Assembly: GCA_043747615.1 (NCBI GenBank)
Contig: JAYTOU010000050.1
Location: 1-58,508, forward strand
DNA from: Myxococcales bacterium
GTDB taxonomy: Bacteria > Myxococcota_A > Polyangia > Polyangiales > Polyangiaceae
Reading direction: 5' to 3'
Length of the DNA stretch: 58,508 bases
The position numbers and the translations under genes were made by a program. Positions 9,520-18,616 of this stretch are shown piece after piece. A model generated the notes under the pieces. It saw nothing but the letters and a program-made list of their open reading frames with translations. It had not been told where the DNA came from and searched no databases. Within the stretch, counting starts at the first letter, position 1. Each line of letters begins with the position of its first letter.

Positions 9520-10443
9520 ATGAAAACCACTTTGCTGACGCGATCAACGCTTTCAACACGTTATCTTCTTGCTTTACCCCTCGCCGCGCTTCTCTCCGTA
9601 GCGTGCGGCGGTGACGACCCCGTCGCGACGACTGGCAATGGTGACGGCGGAGCGCACTCTGATGGCGCCGTTGCGTCCGACGCAGGAGCGGACTCCGGCA
9701 ACCTCGACGGCGCCACGGGCTCAGACGGTAACGTTGCCGATGCGGGCCCGTACATGGGACCGAGCGTCGGGAGGGCAGGAACGTTCGCGGCGCTTGCGTA
9801 CGGCGGGATCTCCGCGGCCAACATCACGACCATCACCGGAGAGCTCGGCGTCAGCGCCGCTGCCGTATCCGCCATCACGGGCTTCAGCGCGCCCAGCTAC
9901 GTGAAGTACGGAAATGACTCACTCGCGCCGAACGACATGCGCACGCTCCTTGCGCAGCAAGACGTGACCGCCCTCGTTGGAAACATCAATCCCCGCGCGT
10001 GCGACAGCGATCTGACGAACGTGGTGGGCGGTCTCACCGGCGACATCACGCTCCACCCGGGCGTCACCTGCATGAACAGCTTCAGCGCCGACGTCCTCAT
10101 CAACGGGCACGTTACGCTCGACGCGCGCGGCAACCCGAACGCGTTCTTCATCATTCGGGGCAACAAGACCCTCACCGTCGCCGACGGCGCGGAGGTCATC
10201 CTCGCGAATGGCGCGGAGGCGTGCGGCGTTTTCTGGCGCATCAGCGCACAAGTGACCATCGGCAAGACCGTGAAGTTCTACGGGACCGTCATTGCCGGAA
10301 CGGCGATCACCATGAACACCGCATCTACGTTGACTGGCCGGGCCCTCGCCCAGACGGCCAACGTGAGCTTCGACGCCAATGCGGTGACGATTCCGACCAA
10401 CGGTCTCGTCGGCGCACCCGGCGTCTGCACCCACGTGCAGTAA
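9520..10443 (+). CDS. DUF3494 ice-binding-family lipoprotein
   Basis: Lipobox SVAC-GG and DAG-rich tether; FAALA..GIS..TTITGELGVS, TLHPGV, VTLDARGNPNAFFII, VILANGAEACGVFW, FYGTVIA.TAIT, LTGRALAQT. Confidence 0.88.
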   Translation: MKTTLLTRSTLSTRYLLALPLAALLSVACGGDDPVATTGNGDGGAHSDGAVASDAGADSGNLDGATGSDGNVADAGPYMGPSVGRAGTFAALAYGGISAANITTITGELGVSAAAVSAITGFSAPSYVKYGNDSLAPNDMRTLLAQQDVTALVGNINPRACDSDLTNVVGGLTGDITLHPGVTCMNSFSADVLINGHVTLDARGNPNAFFIIRGNKTLTVADGAEVILANGAEACGVFWRISAQVTIGKTVKFYGTVIAGTAITMNTASTLTGRALAQTANVSFDANAVTIPTNGLVGAPGVCTHVQ

Positions 10444-10480
10444 CGCCCAGAAGCTCGTTTTGGACTAAGATCGCCGGCAC

Positions 10481-11479
10481 ATGAGCCCGAGGGTGGAGAG
10501 CTGTGTCGTCGGCGTAGTCTTACTTGTGGGCGCGGCGCTTCCAAGCTGCGGTAGTCACACCCGCGTGCCGTACGCCGTCGTTGCGGCGGCACGCGATTGG
10601 GGCGCACATCCTGCGATCGTAGAGATCGACACGGCGCCGACGATCTACGCGATGAGCGACGTGCACGGAGGATACGACCGCATGGTAGCGCTCCTTGCGC
10701 GGCACGCCGTCATCGCTCCAGCTCCGCAGACGCCAGATGCGGCCCACTGGTCGGCCGGAGCTTCGGTCTTGGTCGTGACCGGCGATCTCATGGACAAGGG
10801 ACCGTCGTCGCTCGAAGCGCTGGACCTCCTGCGCGCGCTCGAAGCGCAGGCACTCGCTGCGGGTGGACGGGTGATCTTCACCGTCGGCAATCACGAAGCA
10901 GAATTCCTCGATGATCCGGAGAATGACAAGGCCAGCAAATCCGACGGTGTCGATCAGGAAATTCGTGCGCGCGGTCTCGATCCCTTGGCCATCGCCAATG
11001 GAAGCGATTCGCGGGGCGTGTGGCTCCGCGACCAACCGTTCGCGGCGCGGATTGGGAGATGGTTCTTCGCGCACGCAGGCGACACCCACGGCCGATCCAT
11101 CGCAGCCCTCGAGGGCGCGCTGCGCGCCGGCGTGTTGGCGCACGACTATGGCGACAACGAGATCATCGGAGCCGACTCGATCCTCGAATCGCGCGACTGG
11201 TACGCGAATGACGCAACGGCGGGAACACGGTACGCGCATGCGCTAGGCGCAACGCACATTGTCTTTGGTCACGAGCCGAGTGCGCTCGGTGCGCGCGGCG
11301 CGATCGCCGTTGGGCAAGAGGGCGCTCTTTTCCGAATCGATTGCGGCATGTCACCCGGTGTCAACGACAGCGCGGGAGCGATCCTTCGCGTTCGCGCGGA
11401 TAACGGGCTAGACATTGCCGAGTCGCTCGAGCCCGACGGCACCGTCCGCGAAATTTGGCGCGGCGCCGTGAGCCAATGA
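10481..11479 (+). CDS. Calcineurin-like metallophosphoesterase (Shewanella-like phosphatase group), probable lipoprotein
   Basis: SDVHG, GDLMDKG, GNHE, FAHAG, VFGH and RIDCG motifs; LPSC lipobox-like sequence. Confidence 0.85.
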   Translation: MSPRVESCVVGVVLLVGAALPSCGSHTRVPYAVVAAARDWGAHPAIVEIDTAPTIYAMSDVHGGYDRMVALLARHAVIAPAPQTPDAAHWSAGASVLVVTGDLMDKGPSSLEALDLLRALEAQALAAGGRVIFTVGNHEAEFLDDPENDKASKSDGVDQEIRARGLDPLAIANGSDSRGVWLRDQPFAARIGRWFFAHAGDTHGRSIAALEGALRAGVLAHDYGDNEIIGADSILESRDWYANDATAGTRYAHALGATHIVFGHEPSALGARGAIAVGQEGALFRIDCGMSPGVNDSAGAILRVRADNGLDIAESLEPDGTVREIWRGAVSQ

Positions 11480-11489
11480 CTCGGCGCCG

Positions 11490-12089
11490 TCAGTAGGCGC
11501 GCGCAGCGGTTCCGGAGACGTGTGTTTTCCCGTCCGCCGCTTCACCATGCTCGAACTTCACGTTGAGCAGGATGTTGGCGCCCGTTGCCGATGCGGCCTT
11601 CTTGAGCTCGTCGAACGCGTCGTCTTCCTTGCCCATCGCGCCGGCGATGTCGAGCTCCTTGATGACTTTGTACTGGCGCCCATGGAGCACATCGCGGCAG
11701 CGGACTGCCATCCCCGACAAGTGCGTCACTTCGCTGCCTCCCTCACCGTGGCTGAACTCGACTCCGGTGATTCCTTCGGCCCCGAGGACCACGGCACGTC
11801 GTTTGAGGATGTCGAGCGCCTGCGCCTCGGTCGGCATCCTCTCGTGAACGTCGACTACACCGAGAGCTTCGCTCGGTCCGCAGTCGAGGCCACCCGTCTG
11901 CATGACCTTCAACTTGCTCGCGGCCGCTCGGGTGATCGGATCATCCGGAGGCAAGGGCTCATCGCCCCCTTCGCCTTCGACGCTTTCTTGCTTCACGCTC
12001 GACGCGAAATTCGGATCGCCGGGCATGGCCGCGCGGTTCGCGCACCCCGTTGCAGTGATGAGAATGATGACGCTTAGAACTCGACGCAT
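11490..12089 (-). CDS. Lipoprotein with two YbjQ/heavy-metal-binding-like domains
   Basis: GGAGG RBS before ATG 12089; lipobox ATGC; two repeats ending A...GA....VxFxHGE...THxSGxA. Confidence 0.8.
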   Translation of the reverse strand: MRRVLSVIILITATGCANRAAMPGDPNFASSVKQESVEGEGGDEPLPPDDPITRAAASKLKVMQTGGLDCGPSEALGVVDVHERMPTEAQALDILKRRAVVLGAEGITGVEFSHGEGGSEVTHLSGMAVRCRDVLHGRQYKVIKELDIAGAMGKEDDAFDELKKAASATGANILLNVKFEHGEAADGKTHVSGTAARAY

Positions 12090-12166
12090 GATCGCCTCCC
12101 ACGCGGGAGCTCCGCGTGCATTCGACTGTGGTTTTTTCTTGAATCGCCAAACTGACGGAACGCGAC

Positions 12167-12601
12167 CTAGTAACCGCGCTCCAAGAAGCGGACAGCCAAC
12201 CCCGACAGATGCGTCGGCTCTCCCGCGGATTCGCCGTGATGAAACTCGACACCGACGACCGCGTCTGCGCCCATGCTTGCTGCCTTGGTGCGAAGGAGCG
12301 CGAGTGCTTTGTCCTGGTTCCCCATCTCTTCGTGCGCGTCCACGATTCCGACCACCTCGGAGGCCCGATCGAGGTGCGTCGACTGGAGAATGAGCACCTT
12401 CGAAGGATCGTTTCGCGAAGGCCCTGCGCTGCTGAGCGTGGGCTCGGTCGCGGCCGGCGGCTGGGCGTTTCCCTCGTAGACGTTCACCGGGTAGGAGAGA
12501 TTCTGCGAGATCGTGCTCACCGAAACCGGGTGGTAGTCGGGGTGGTACTCGCTCGCGCATCCCGAGAGCGTGACGAGAGCAATCGCGAGGAGCGCGCGCA
12601 T
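12167..12601 (-). CDS. Lipoprotein: YHPxYHPV N-terminal motif plus one YbjQ-like domain
   Basis: Lipobox LSGC; domain GIVDAHEEMG...GADAVVGVEFHHGE...THLSGLAVR is homologous to the downstream gene. Confidence 0.8.
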   Translation of the reverse strand: MRALLAIALVTLSGCASEYHPDYHPVSVSTISQNLSYPVNVYEGNAQPPAATEPTLSSAGPSRNDPSKVLILQSTHLDRASEVVGIVDAHEEMGNQDKALALLRTKAASMGADAVVGVEFHHGESAGEPTHLSGLAVRFLERGY

Positions 12602-12602
12602 C

Positions 12603-12800
12603 TCAGTGCCTCGGATCTTCACGCACGATTACGACGCCGGGCGTCGCCGAGGAGAGCGCGGCGCCTGATTGAACGCTCACCGGGTAGGAAATGTTCTGCG
12701 AGACCGTGCTCACGGTGACCGGGTGATACTCCGGGTGGTAGGTATCGGTGCAGCCGCAGAGCACGGTCACCGCGAGGCTGATTACGAAGAGACAGCGCAA
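12603..12800 (-). CDS. Small (65 aa) lipoprotein consisting mainly of the YHPxYHPV motif
   Basis: GAGGT RBS, TTG start, lipobox LCGC. Its stop is 1 nt before the next ATG. The N-terminus is a paralogue of the next gene. Confidence 0.7.
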   Translation of the reverse strand: MRCLFVISLAVTVLCGCTDTYHPEYHPVTVSTVSQNISYPVSVQSGAALSSATPGVVIVREDPRH

Positions 12801-12834
12801 AGGTCACCTCATTGAAGTTGGTTGAAGAACCCTC

Positions 12835-12850
12835 TTCACGGCGCATGCCA
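12835..12850 (-). promoter_or_regulatory. Candidate sigma54 promoter of the three-lipoprotein operon
   Basis: TGGCATGCGCCGTGAA versus consensus TGGCACG-N4-TTGC (GA in place of GC at -12), about 35 nt upstream of the start. Confidence 0.35.
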
Positions 12851-13085
12851 CGCTCGCCAGCGCGCCCTTTTCGACGAGTTCCAACGCATCGCCTGCAATG
12901 ACGAGGGCTGCGCTCGCAAACACGGAGCCGTGCGACCCCGGAGCAACGACCTTCGCTGTGATTTCCTGTCCCGCCCCGCGCGGATTTCGTCTAGCGGGTG
13001 CCTCGGAAGCGCCGTCGGTGTCGCGGGTAATGTGCGTCGAGGTGATCGGCCAGCGTTACCGTCGTCGTCATACAAACGATAGCGA

Positions 13086-13394
13086 CTACGCGAGCCCGAG
13101 CGCGGCGGTGATCTGCTTTACGGCTTGCATCTCGAGCGCGGAAAGCCTGCCGTCGATCGCCGCGGCGTCGACCAGCGTGCTCACGATCTCGCGCTTTTCG
13201 TCGTCCGAGAGCGTGACCAGCGCTGCTTCAGCGTCGTCCCATCCTTCGAGATCGAAGACGCTCCGACGCTCGTCCTCGGTGAGCCCCATCCGCGTCATGG
13301 AGACGCTGAGAAACGCGCGTTCGGCATCGGTCATGATGCCATCGGCAACGAGGATCTTGGAGACGAGCAAGCACTTGGCGATGCGGGGGTCCAT
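13086..13394 (-). CDS. TerB-family (tellurite-resistance-like) protein
   Basis: LVADGIMTDAERAFL and AAIDGRLSALE repeats are typical of TerB-like domains. Confidence 0.75.
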   Translation of the reverse strand: MDPRIAKCLLVSKILVADGIMTDAERAFLSVSMTRMGLTEDERRSVFDLEGWDDAEAALVTLSDDEKREIVSTLVDAAAIDGRLSALEMQAVKQITAALGLA

Positions 13395-13730
13395 ATCCCA
13401 AGCTTAGCCGGCGGCGCGATAGCCCGGCCAGTAAGGCGCAATGCGCGCGAGGACGCCGTTCTTCGGGTGTGGCCTTATGTGATGGCCTCGGATTGCCATA
13501 CCGACGACGCAAAACTCAGTCTCACCGACAAAAGCAGCCCTGATACGACCGGCGCCGAGCTCGAAGCGGGCAACGGAGATCGCCAAACGATGAGCAGCGC
13601 ATTGCCGACGAACGTGGGACCTATCGCAACGCACGCCGTCGTCCGCCTTGCACGAGCCGTCGGTGTAACAGAGGCACTCGGCGTGTCCGCTCATGCCACG
13701 AACTACCGTCGAAATGTGCGACAATAGGTC

Positions 13731-14633
13731 ATGCGCTCCCTTCTGCCGTTGGCCTTTCTCGCGGCCTGTTCCTCGTCGTCGTCGCCCTCGTCAACCGACG
13801 GCGGGACCGATACCTCCGTGCGCGGCGACTTCGATCCCGTTCCCTTCGGCGGCGCGCGGCCGGTGAACGTGTATGTCCCGAGCGGGTATGACGCGGGCAA
13901 AGGCGCGCCGCTGGTCGTCATGCTTCACGGCTACTCGGTGAGCGGCGGCCTCGAAGAGATTTTCCTCAGGCTCAAGCCCGTGGCCGAGGCGCGCGGGTTT
14001 CTCTACGCGTACCCGAACGGCACGGTCGACAGAAAAGGCAACCGCTTCTGGAACGCTACGAACGCTTGCTGCGACATGGACGCGACCGGCGTCGATGACG
14101 CGGCGTACCTCACGAGCCTGGTGACCGAGATCGGCACGCGCTACAAAGTCGATCCGAAGCGGATCTTCTTCATTGGCCATTCAAATGGAGGGTTCATGTC
14201 GTACCGCATGGCGTGCGACCATGCCGACGTGATCGCTGCCGTCGTCAGTCTCGCCGGAGCGACCTTCGCCGACGCCTCGAAATGCCACCCGACCGCACCC
14301 GTGGCAGTCCTCGAGATCCACGGCACCAAAGACACCGAAGTGCTCTACGACGGACAGCAGAGCCCGCCCGCGTACCCGAGCGCGAAGAGCACGGTCGAAG
14401 ATTGGGCGACGTACGACGGGTGCGCGCTCACGGCCGATACCTCCGCCCCACCGCTCGACATCGACACCTCTATAGCCGGCGCGGAGACGCAAGTCGCCAC
14501 GTACGCGAGCGGCTGCAAGCCAGGGGGCCATGCAGAGCTCTGGACGATTCAGGGAGGCGCGCACATTCCCGGATTCGGCGACGCGTTCGCCCCCGACGTC
14601 ATCGACTTTCTCTTCGCCCACCCGAAGCCCTGA
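13731..14633 (+). CDS. PHB-depolymerase/LpqC-type esterase lipoprotein
   Basis: Lipobox LAAC; PLVVMLHG, WNA..ACC, DD..YL, GHSNGGFMS, IHGTKD, GGAH. Confidence 0.88.
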   Translation: MRSLLPLAFLAACSSSSSPSSTDGGTDTSVRGDFDPVPFGGARPVNVYVPSGYDAGKGAPLVVMLHGYSVSGGLEEIFLRLKPVAEARGFLYAYPNGTVDRKGNRFWNATNACCDMDATGVDDAAYLTSLVTEIGTRYKVDPKRIFFIGHSNGGFMSYRMACDHADVIAAVVSLAGATFADASKCHPTAPVAVLEIHGTKDTEVLYDGQQSPPAYPSAKSTVEDWATYDGCALTADTSAPPLDIDTSIAGAETQVATYASGCKPGGHAELWTIQGGAHIPGFGDAFAPDVIDFLFAHPKP

Positions 14634-14640
14634 GTGGTGG

Positions 14641-14796
14641 CTACGTCGGAGGCTTAGGTTCCGGCACCTCTGGAATTGGAGCATGGACCGGCTGCTCGGG
14701 CAGCGCGGGGTGGATGGGCTGCGGCCCCGGTTCGTGTACCGGTGGGAGTTGGGGCTGGTTCGGATCGTTGGGGCTCGTCGGGTAGGGCTGGGTCAT
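14641..14796 (-). CDS. Small (51 aa) proline-rich protein
   Basis: Purine-rich RBS (GGAGAAGAAGAGG) before ATG; MTQPYPTSPNDPNQPQLPPVHEPGPQPIHPALPEQPVHAPIPEVPEPKPPT. Confidence 0.55.
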   Translation of the reverse strand: MTQPYPTSPNDPNQPQLPPVHEPGPQPIHPALPEQPVHAPIPEVPEPKPPT

Positions 14797-14993
14797 GATC
14801 CTCTTCTTCTCCTCCGCTTCACCTTTGGTGAATCTCGATCGCGAGGAATCGCTCGTGGTCTCCGTTCGTGCATCCGCACGAGGAGCAGGTGCCCCTCCGT
14901 TACGCAGATCGCCGACGCACGCAGTCGTTTCGCGATCATCGTCAAAGCTTATCACGCGACACAGAATCGGAAGGTCGGCTAGTCTCCGCCACC

Positions 14994-16004
14994 ATGCGCA
15001 CCCACTTCGTTCTCGTCTCGCTTGCCCTTCCGTCACTCCTCCTCCTCGCTGCATGCGGAGGAAGTCCGCCGCCGCCTCCGAGCACGCCCGCTCCGACGAC
15101 GGCCGCCGCTGTCACCGTGCCCGCTGCAACCGCTCCCTCGGAGCCCGCAAAAGCCGCCACGGAGCAGGCGCCCGCCGCACCAAAAGGTCCGCCTCCGGTT
15201 TTCCAGCTCGCCGGTTTTCAAACGCCAGAAAGCGTTTTCTACGACGAGGCAAACGATCGGTACCTCGTCTCGAACATCAACGGCAAGCCGCTCGACGCAG
15301 ACAACAACGGATACATCTCGGTCGTCTCGCCCGAGGGCAAGATGGTGACCGAGAAGTGGATCGCCGGCGGTCAAAACAAGGCCACTCTCAACGCCCCCAA
15401 GGGCACGGCGATCGTCGGCGGTGTGCTCTACGTCGCCGACATCGACACCGTGCGCATGTTCGACGCGAAGAGCGGCGCACCGAAAGGCGAGCTCAAAGTC
15501 CCTGGTGCGACGTTCCTCAACGACCTCTCGGCTGGTCCCGACGGCCGCGTATTCGTCTCGGACACCGGTCTCAACGCCGACTTCGGTCCCACCGGCACCG
15601 ACGCGATCTACGCCATCGACAAAGGCAAGCTCAAGACGGTCGCCAAGGACGCGTCACTCGGCAAGCCGAACGGTCTTCTGGCCGCGAAAGAGAGCGTGTG
15701 GGCGGTGACCTGGAGCGGCGAGCTTTATCGTCTCGACACGAAAACACTCGACGGCAAGGCGACGAAGCTCGACGTGGTAAAGCTTCCGAAGGGACAGCTC
15801 GACGGCATCGTCATGAGCGGCGACCAGCTCTTCATCTCGAGCTGGGAAGCTTCCGGCATTTTCAAGGGGAAGGTCGCTGGCCCCTTCGAATTGGCGTTCC
15901 CCGGCCTGAAGGCGCCGGCAGACATCGGCTTGGACAAGAAGCGCGCGCGGATTCTCGTCCCGCACTTTATGGAGAACACGGTCGAGGCCTTCGAAGCGAA
16001 GTGA
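14994..16004 (+). CDS. SMP-30/gluconolactonase-like beta-propeller lipoprotein
   Basis: Lipobox LAAC and Pro/Ala linker; GFQTPESV, LVSNING, DNNGYIS, LNAPKG, FLND, VFVSDTG, PNG, DGI, PADIG. Confidence 0.85.
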   Translation: MRTHFVLVSLALPSLLLLAACGGSPPPPPSTPAPTTAAAVTVPAATAPSEPAKAATEQAPAAPKGPPPVFQLAGFQTPESVFYDEANDRYLVSNINGKPLDADNNGYISVVSPEGKMVTEKWIAGGQNKATLNAPKGTAIVGGVLYVADIDTVRMFDAKSGAPKGELKVPGATFLNDLSAGPDGRVFVSDTGLNADFGPTGTDAIYAIDKGKLKTVAKDASLGKPNGLLAAKESVWAVTWSGELYRLDTKTLDGKATKLDVVKLPKGQLDGIVMSGDQLFISSWEASGIFKGKVAGPFELAFPGLKAPADIGLDKKRARILVPHFMENTVEAFEAK

Positions 16005-16227
16005 TCGCTTGCGCCGCGCGCGATCTCCGGTGCTACCTTCGGGTCGGCGTGCTCGCAGTGCAAGAGGGCGAAGCGAGCGTTCACATCACCGACTCGAGCG
16101 TGCACGGCACGCACATGGGATCGACCGGTTTCGGTCACGGCGCCGCCGCCGGGCCCCACACGAGCCTCACCATCGAGGAGACGCTGTTATCCTCGACGGC
16201 TTGTCGGCACCGTGAAAAGATTGAAAC

Positions 16228-17751
16228 ATGCGGACGCTTTTGAACGTTTCGGGCTTGGTTTGTATGGCTGTCGGAGTGGTGGGCGCGCTCGGGGCGGCGG
16301 GCACGGCGTGCTCCTCGACGAACGCCACAATGGCGACGATGACGAACGATGGAGGCGCCGATACGGGGCCGATGGTTGGCGCCTTGGCGCTCGAGGTTCC
16401 TTGCGGCGACGCGATGGCTGCGGTCTTTGGCGATCCCGGGGCGCTCCCGGGGGTCGACCCCAAGCTGCGCGGCAACATCGTGAAGTGCACGAAGGGCGCC
16501 GACATCGGCAAAGACGCGCTCCTCGCGGCCGCGAAGGCGGACGGCTACGTGGGGCGGCCCTTCACGAGCGGCGCGCATGTTTACCGAATCCTCTACCGAA
16601 CCGAGCGCGGCACCGAGCCGCCGACGCCAGGCGTCTCGACCGCGGTGGTCTTCATTCCCGATACGCCTCGAGCCGCTCCTCTCCCGGTGATCGTCGTCTC
16701 CCACGGAACGAGCGGGCAAGCACGAATGTGTGCGCCGGCGCTCAGCGATCCGGTCGGCGAAGACGTGCGCCTCATGAGCTATCCTCTGGTCGGCTCGGGC
16801 TTCGCGGCGATCGCGCCGGACCTCGCGGGCTATTCGGGTGGGCCAGGGACGCTCGTCGGCGGGTACGCCGCCGCGGTAGACGTCGGCAAGTCGACGCTCG
16901 ACGGAGCACGTGCGCTCCACGCCATGATTCCGTCAAGCGTGAGCGACAAGGTCGTGATCATGGGGCACTCGCAGGGCGGGCACACGGCGCTCGCCGCGCT
17001 CGCCATATCCGATCCCGCGACGTACGGAAGCGGCGGAACGGTCGTCGGCGTCGTTGCCTACGCGCCACTGTGGGTTTCCCAGCGCTCATGGGGCGCGCTC
17101 TTCAAGCTCGCCCAGGTGTACCCGATCGCATCCTCAGGCTTAATCAACGGGGCCGGCGTTTGGTACCACTACACCAACGGCGAGCTCCTCAACCCGGGCC
17201 ACGGCCTCGACGTCTTCGCGGACGCCAAGAAAGTCGGCATCAAAAACTTCGTCGACACCAACTGCGACCAGAGCTTTGACGATCTCGCAGCGCTCGGCAC
17301 CGACGCGAGGGATCTCTACACTTCGGAGTTCCAGAACGCGATCGCCAACGCCGCCGCGATCTCGGGAACGTGCCCCTCGGATCCGGCGCTCGCTCCTACG
17401 TGCGAAAAGTGGCTTGCACGCTACGCAGCCGATCGCCCGCATTTGACGGGGAGCGCGGCAAAGGTCCCGATCTTCCTCGCCTACGGAGGACAAGACGGCG
17501 CCATCACCGCCGATCGCATGAAGTGCGTGTTCGATCGCCTGGTAACGGATCAAGCAAACTTCAAAGTTTGCGTGCACCCTCCGGCCGATCACACCGGTAT
17601 CGTGCGAACGAAAGCGGACTACGCGAACGACTGGATCGCGAACGTCGCGCTCGGAGAAAAAGCGCCGGACCCTTGCCCGTTCGATGAGCGCGTGCTGACC
17701 GACGACGGCGGCGCCCTCATCCCGTGCAACACACCTCCGCCTAACGACTGA
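16228..17751 (+). CDS. Secretory lipase-like alpha/beta hydrolase lipoprotein
   Basis: YRILYRT, SHGTSG..CAP, APDLAG, GHSQGG nucleophile elbow, GGQD, ADH. Confidence 0.82.
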   Translation: MRTLLNVSGLVCMAVGVVGALGAAGTACSSTNATMATMTNDGGADTGPMVGALALEVPCGDAMAAVFGDPGALPGVDPKLRGNIVKCTKGADIGKDALLAAAKADGYVGRPFTSGAHVYRILYRTERGTEPPTPGVSTAVVFIPDTPRAAPLPVIVVSHGTSGQARMCAPALSDPVGEDVRLMSYPLVGSGFAAIAPDLAGYSGGPGTLVGGYAAAVDVGKSTLDGARALHAMIPSSVSDKVVIMGHSQGGHTALAALAISDPATYGSGGTVVGVVAYAPLWVSQRSWGALFKLAQVYPIASSGLINGAGVWYHYTNGELLNPGHGLDVFADAKKVGIKNFVDTNCDQSFDDLAALGTDARDLYTSEFQNAIANAAAISGTCPSDPALAPTCEKWLARYAADRPHLTGSAAKVPIFLAYGGQDGAITADRMKCVFDRLVTDQANFKVCVHPPADHTGIVRTKADYANDWIANVALGEKAPDPCPFDERVLTDDGGALIPCNTPPPND

Positions 17752-17764
17752 GAGCTGCTCAGCC

Positions 17765-18616
17765 ATGGACCACGGAGATCTTCTAGCGGGCGTTCCTCTC
17801 TTCGAGGGGCTCTCCGATAGCGATCGCGCGGAGCTCGGGGAGCGGCTTAGAGAAGAGTCCTTCGCGGTCGGCGAGTGCGTCTTCAAGAAGGGCGATCCGG
17901 GCTCGTCGATGTACCTGATCCTGTCGGGCGCCGTGCAGATCTACCTGCCAGCTGCAAAGGATACGCCGCGCGTCGTGCTGAATGATCTCCGCACCGGAGA
18001 ATACTTCGGCGAGCTGTCGCTCTTCGACTCCAAGCCGCGCTCGGCGAGTGTCGACGCAGTAGTGAAAACGATCCTCCTCAAGCTGACTCGTGAGGACTTC
18101 ACGGGGCACCTCGTGACCTCGAAGGGGGCGTCGCTCGTCATCCTCGGCGAGATGGCCGAGCGTCTGCGGAAGACGAACGCCATGCTGGGCCAGCGCGCGA
18201 CCACGAATGCCGTGAAGGAGATCGAAGAAAACCTGACCTGGGATCAGCGCCTCGCCGACAAAGTCGCTGCGTTGAACGGCAGCTGGTCGTTTATTCTTTT
18301 CATCCTCGCACTCACCTTCGCGTGGTCGGCGATCAACCTCTTTCCTCGGAGCTCGTTCGACCCGTACCCGTACATCCTTTACAATCTTGCGATCTCGATA
18401 CTCGTGGCGATGCAGGGGCCGCTCATCGTCATGAGCCAAAACCGGAGGATGACGAAGGACCGCGCGAAAGCCGGGGCCGATTTCCGCGTCAACCTGAAGA
18501 ACGAAGTGGGAGTCGAGGCCATCGTGCACGAGCTCGCGGCCTTTCGTGCGCAGGCAGAAAAACGCCTGCAAGGCCTCGAGCACACCCTCTTCCGGCCGAT
18601 AAAGAAGGACGCATGA
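17765..18616 (+). CDS. cNMP-binding domain plus DUF1003 membrane protein
   Basis: FGELSLFD.KPRSAS; RLADKVA..GSWSF, FDPYPYILYNL, GPLIVMSQNR. Confidence 0.9.
   Translation: MDHGDLLAGVPLFEGLSDSDRAELGERLREESFAVGECVFKKGDPGSSMYLILSGAVQIYLPAAKDTPRVVLNDLRTGEYFGELSLFDSKPRSASVDAVVKTILLKLTREDFTGHLVTSKGASLVILGEMAERLRKTNAMLGQRATTNAVKEIEENLTWDQRLADKVAALNGSWSFILFILALTFAWSAINLFPRSSFDPYPYILYNLAISILVAMQGPLIVMSQNRRMTKDRAKAGADFRVNLKNEVGVEAIVHELAAFRAQAEKRLQGLEHTLFRPIKKDA

Noticed and set aside
13404..13724. 106-aa ORF with a few Cys between terB and the esterase
   Set aside because: No recognisable motif or RBS and atypical codon use; may be debris.
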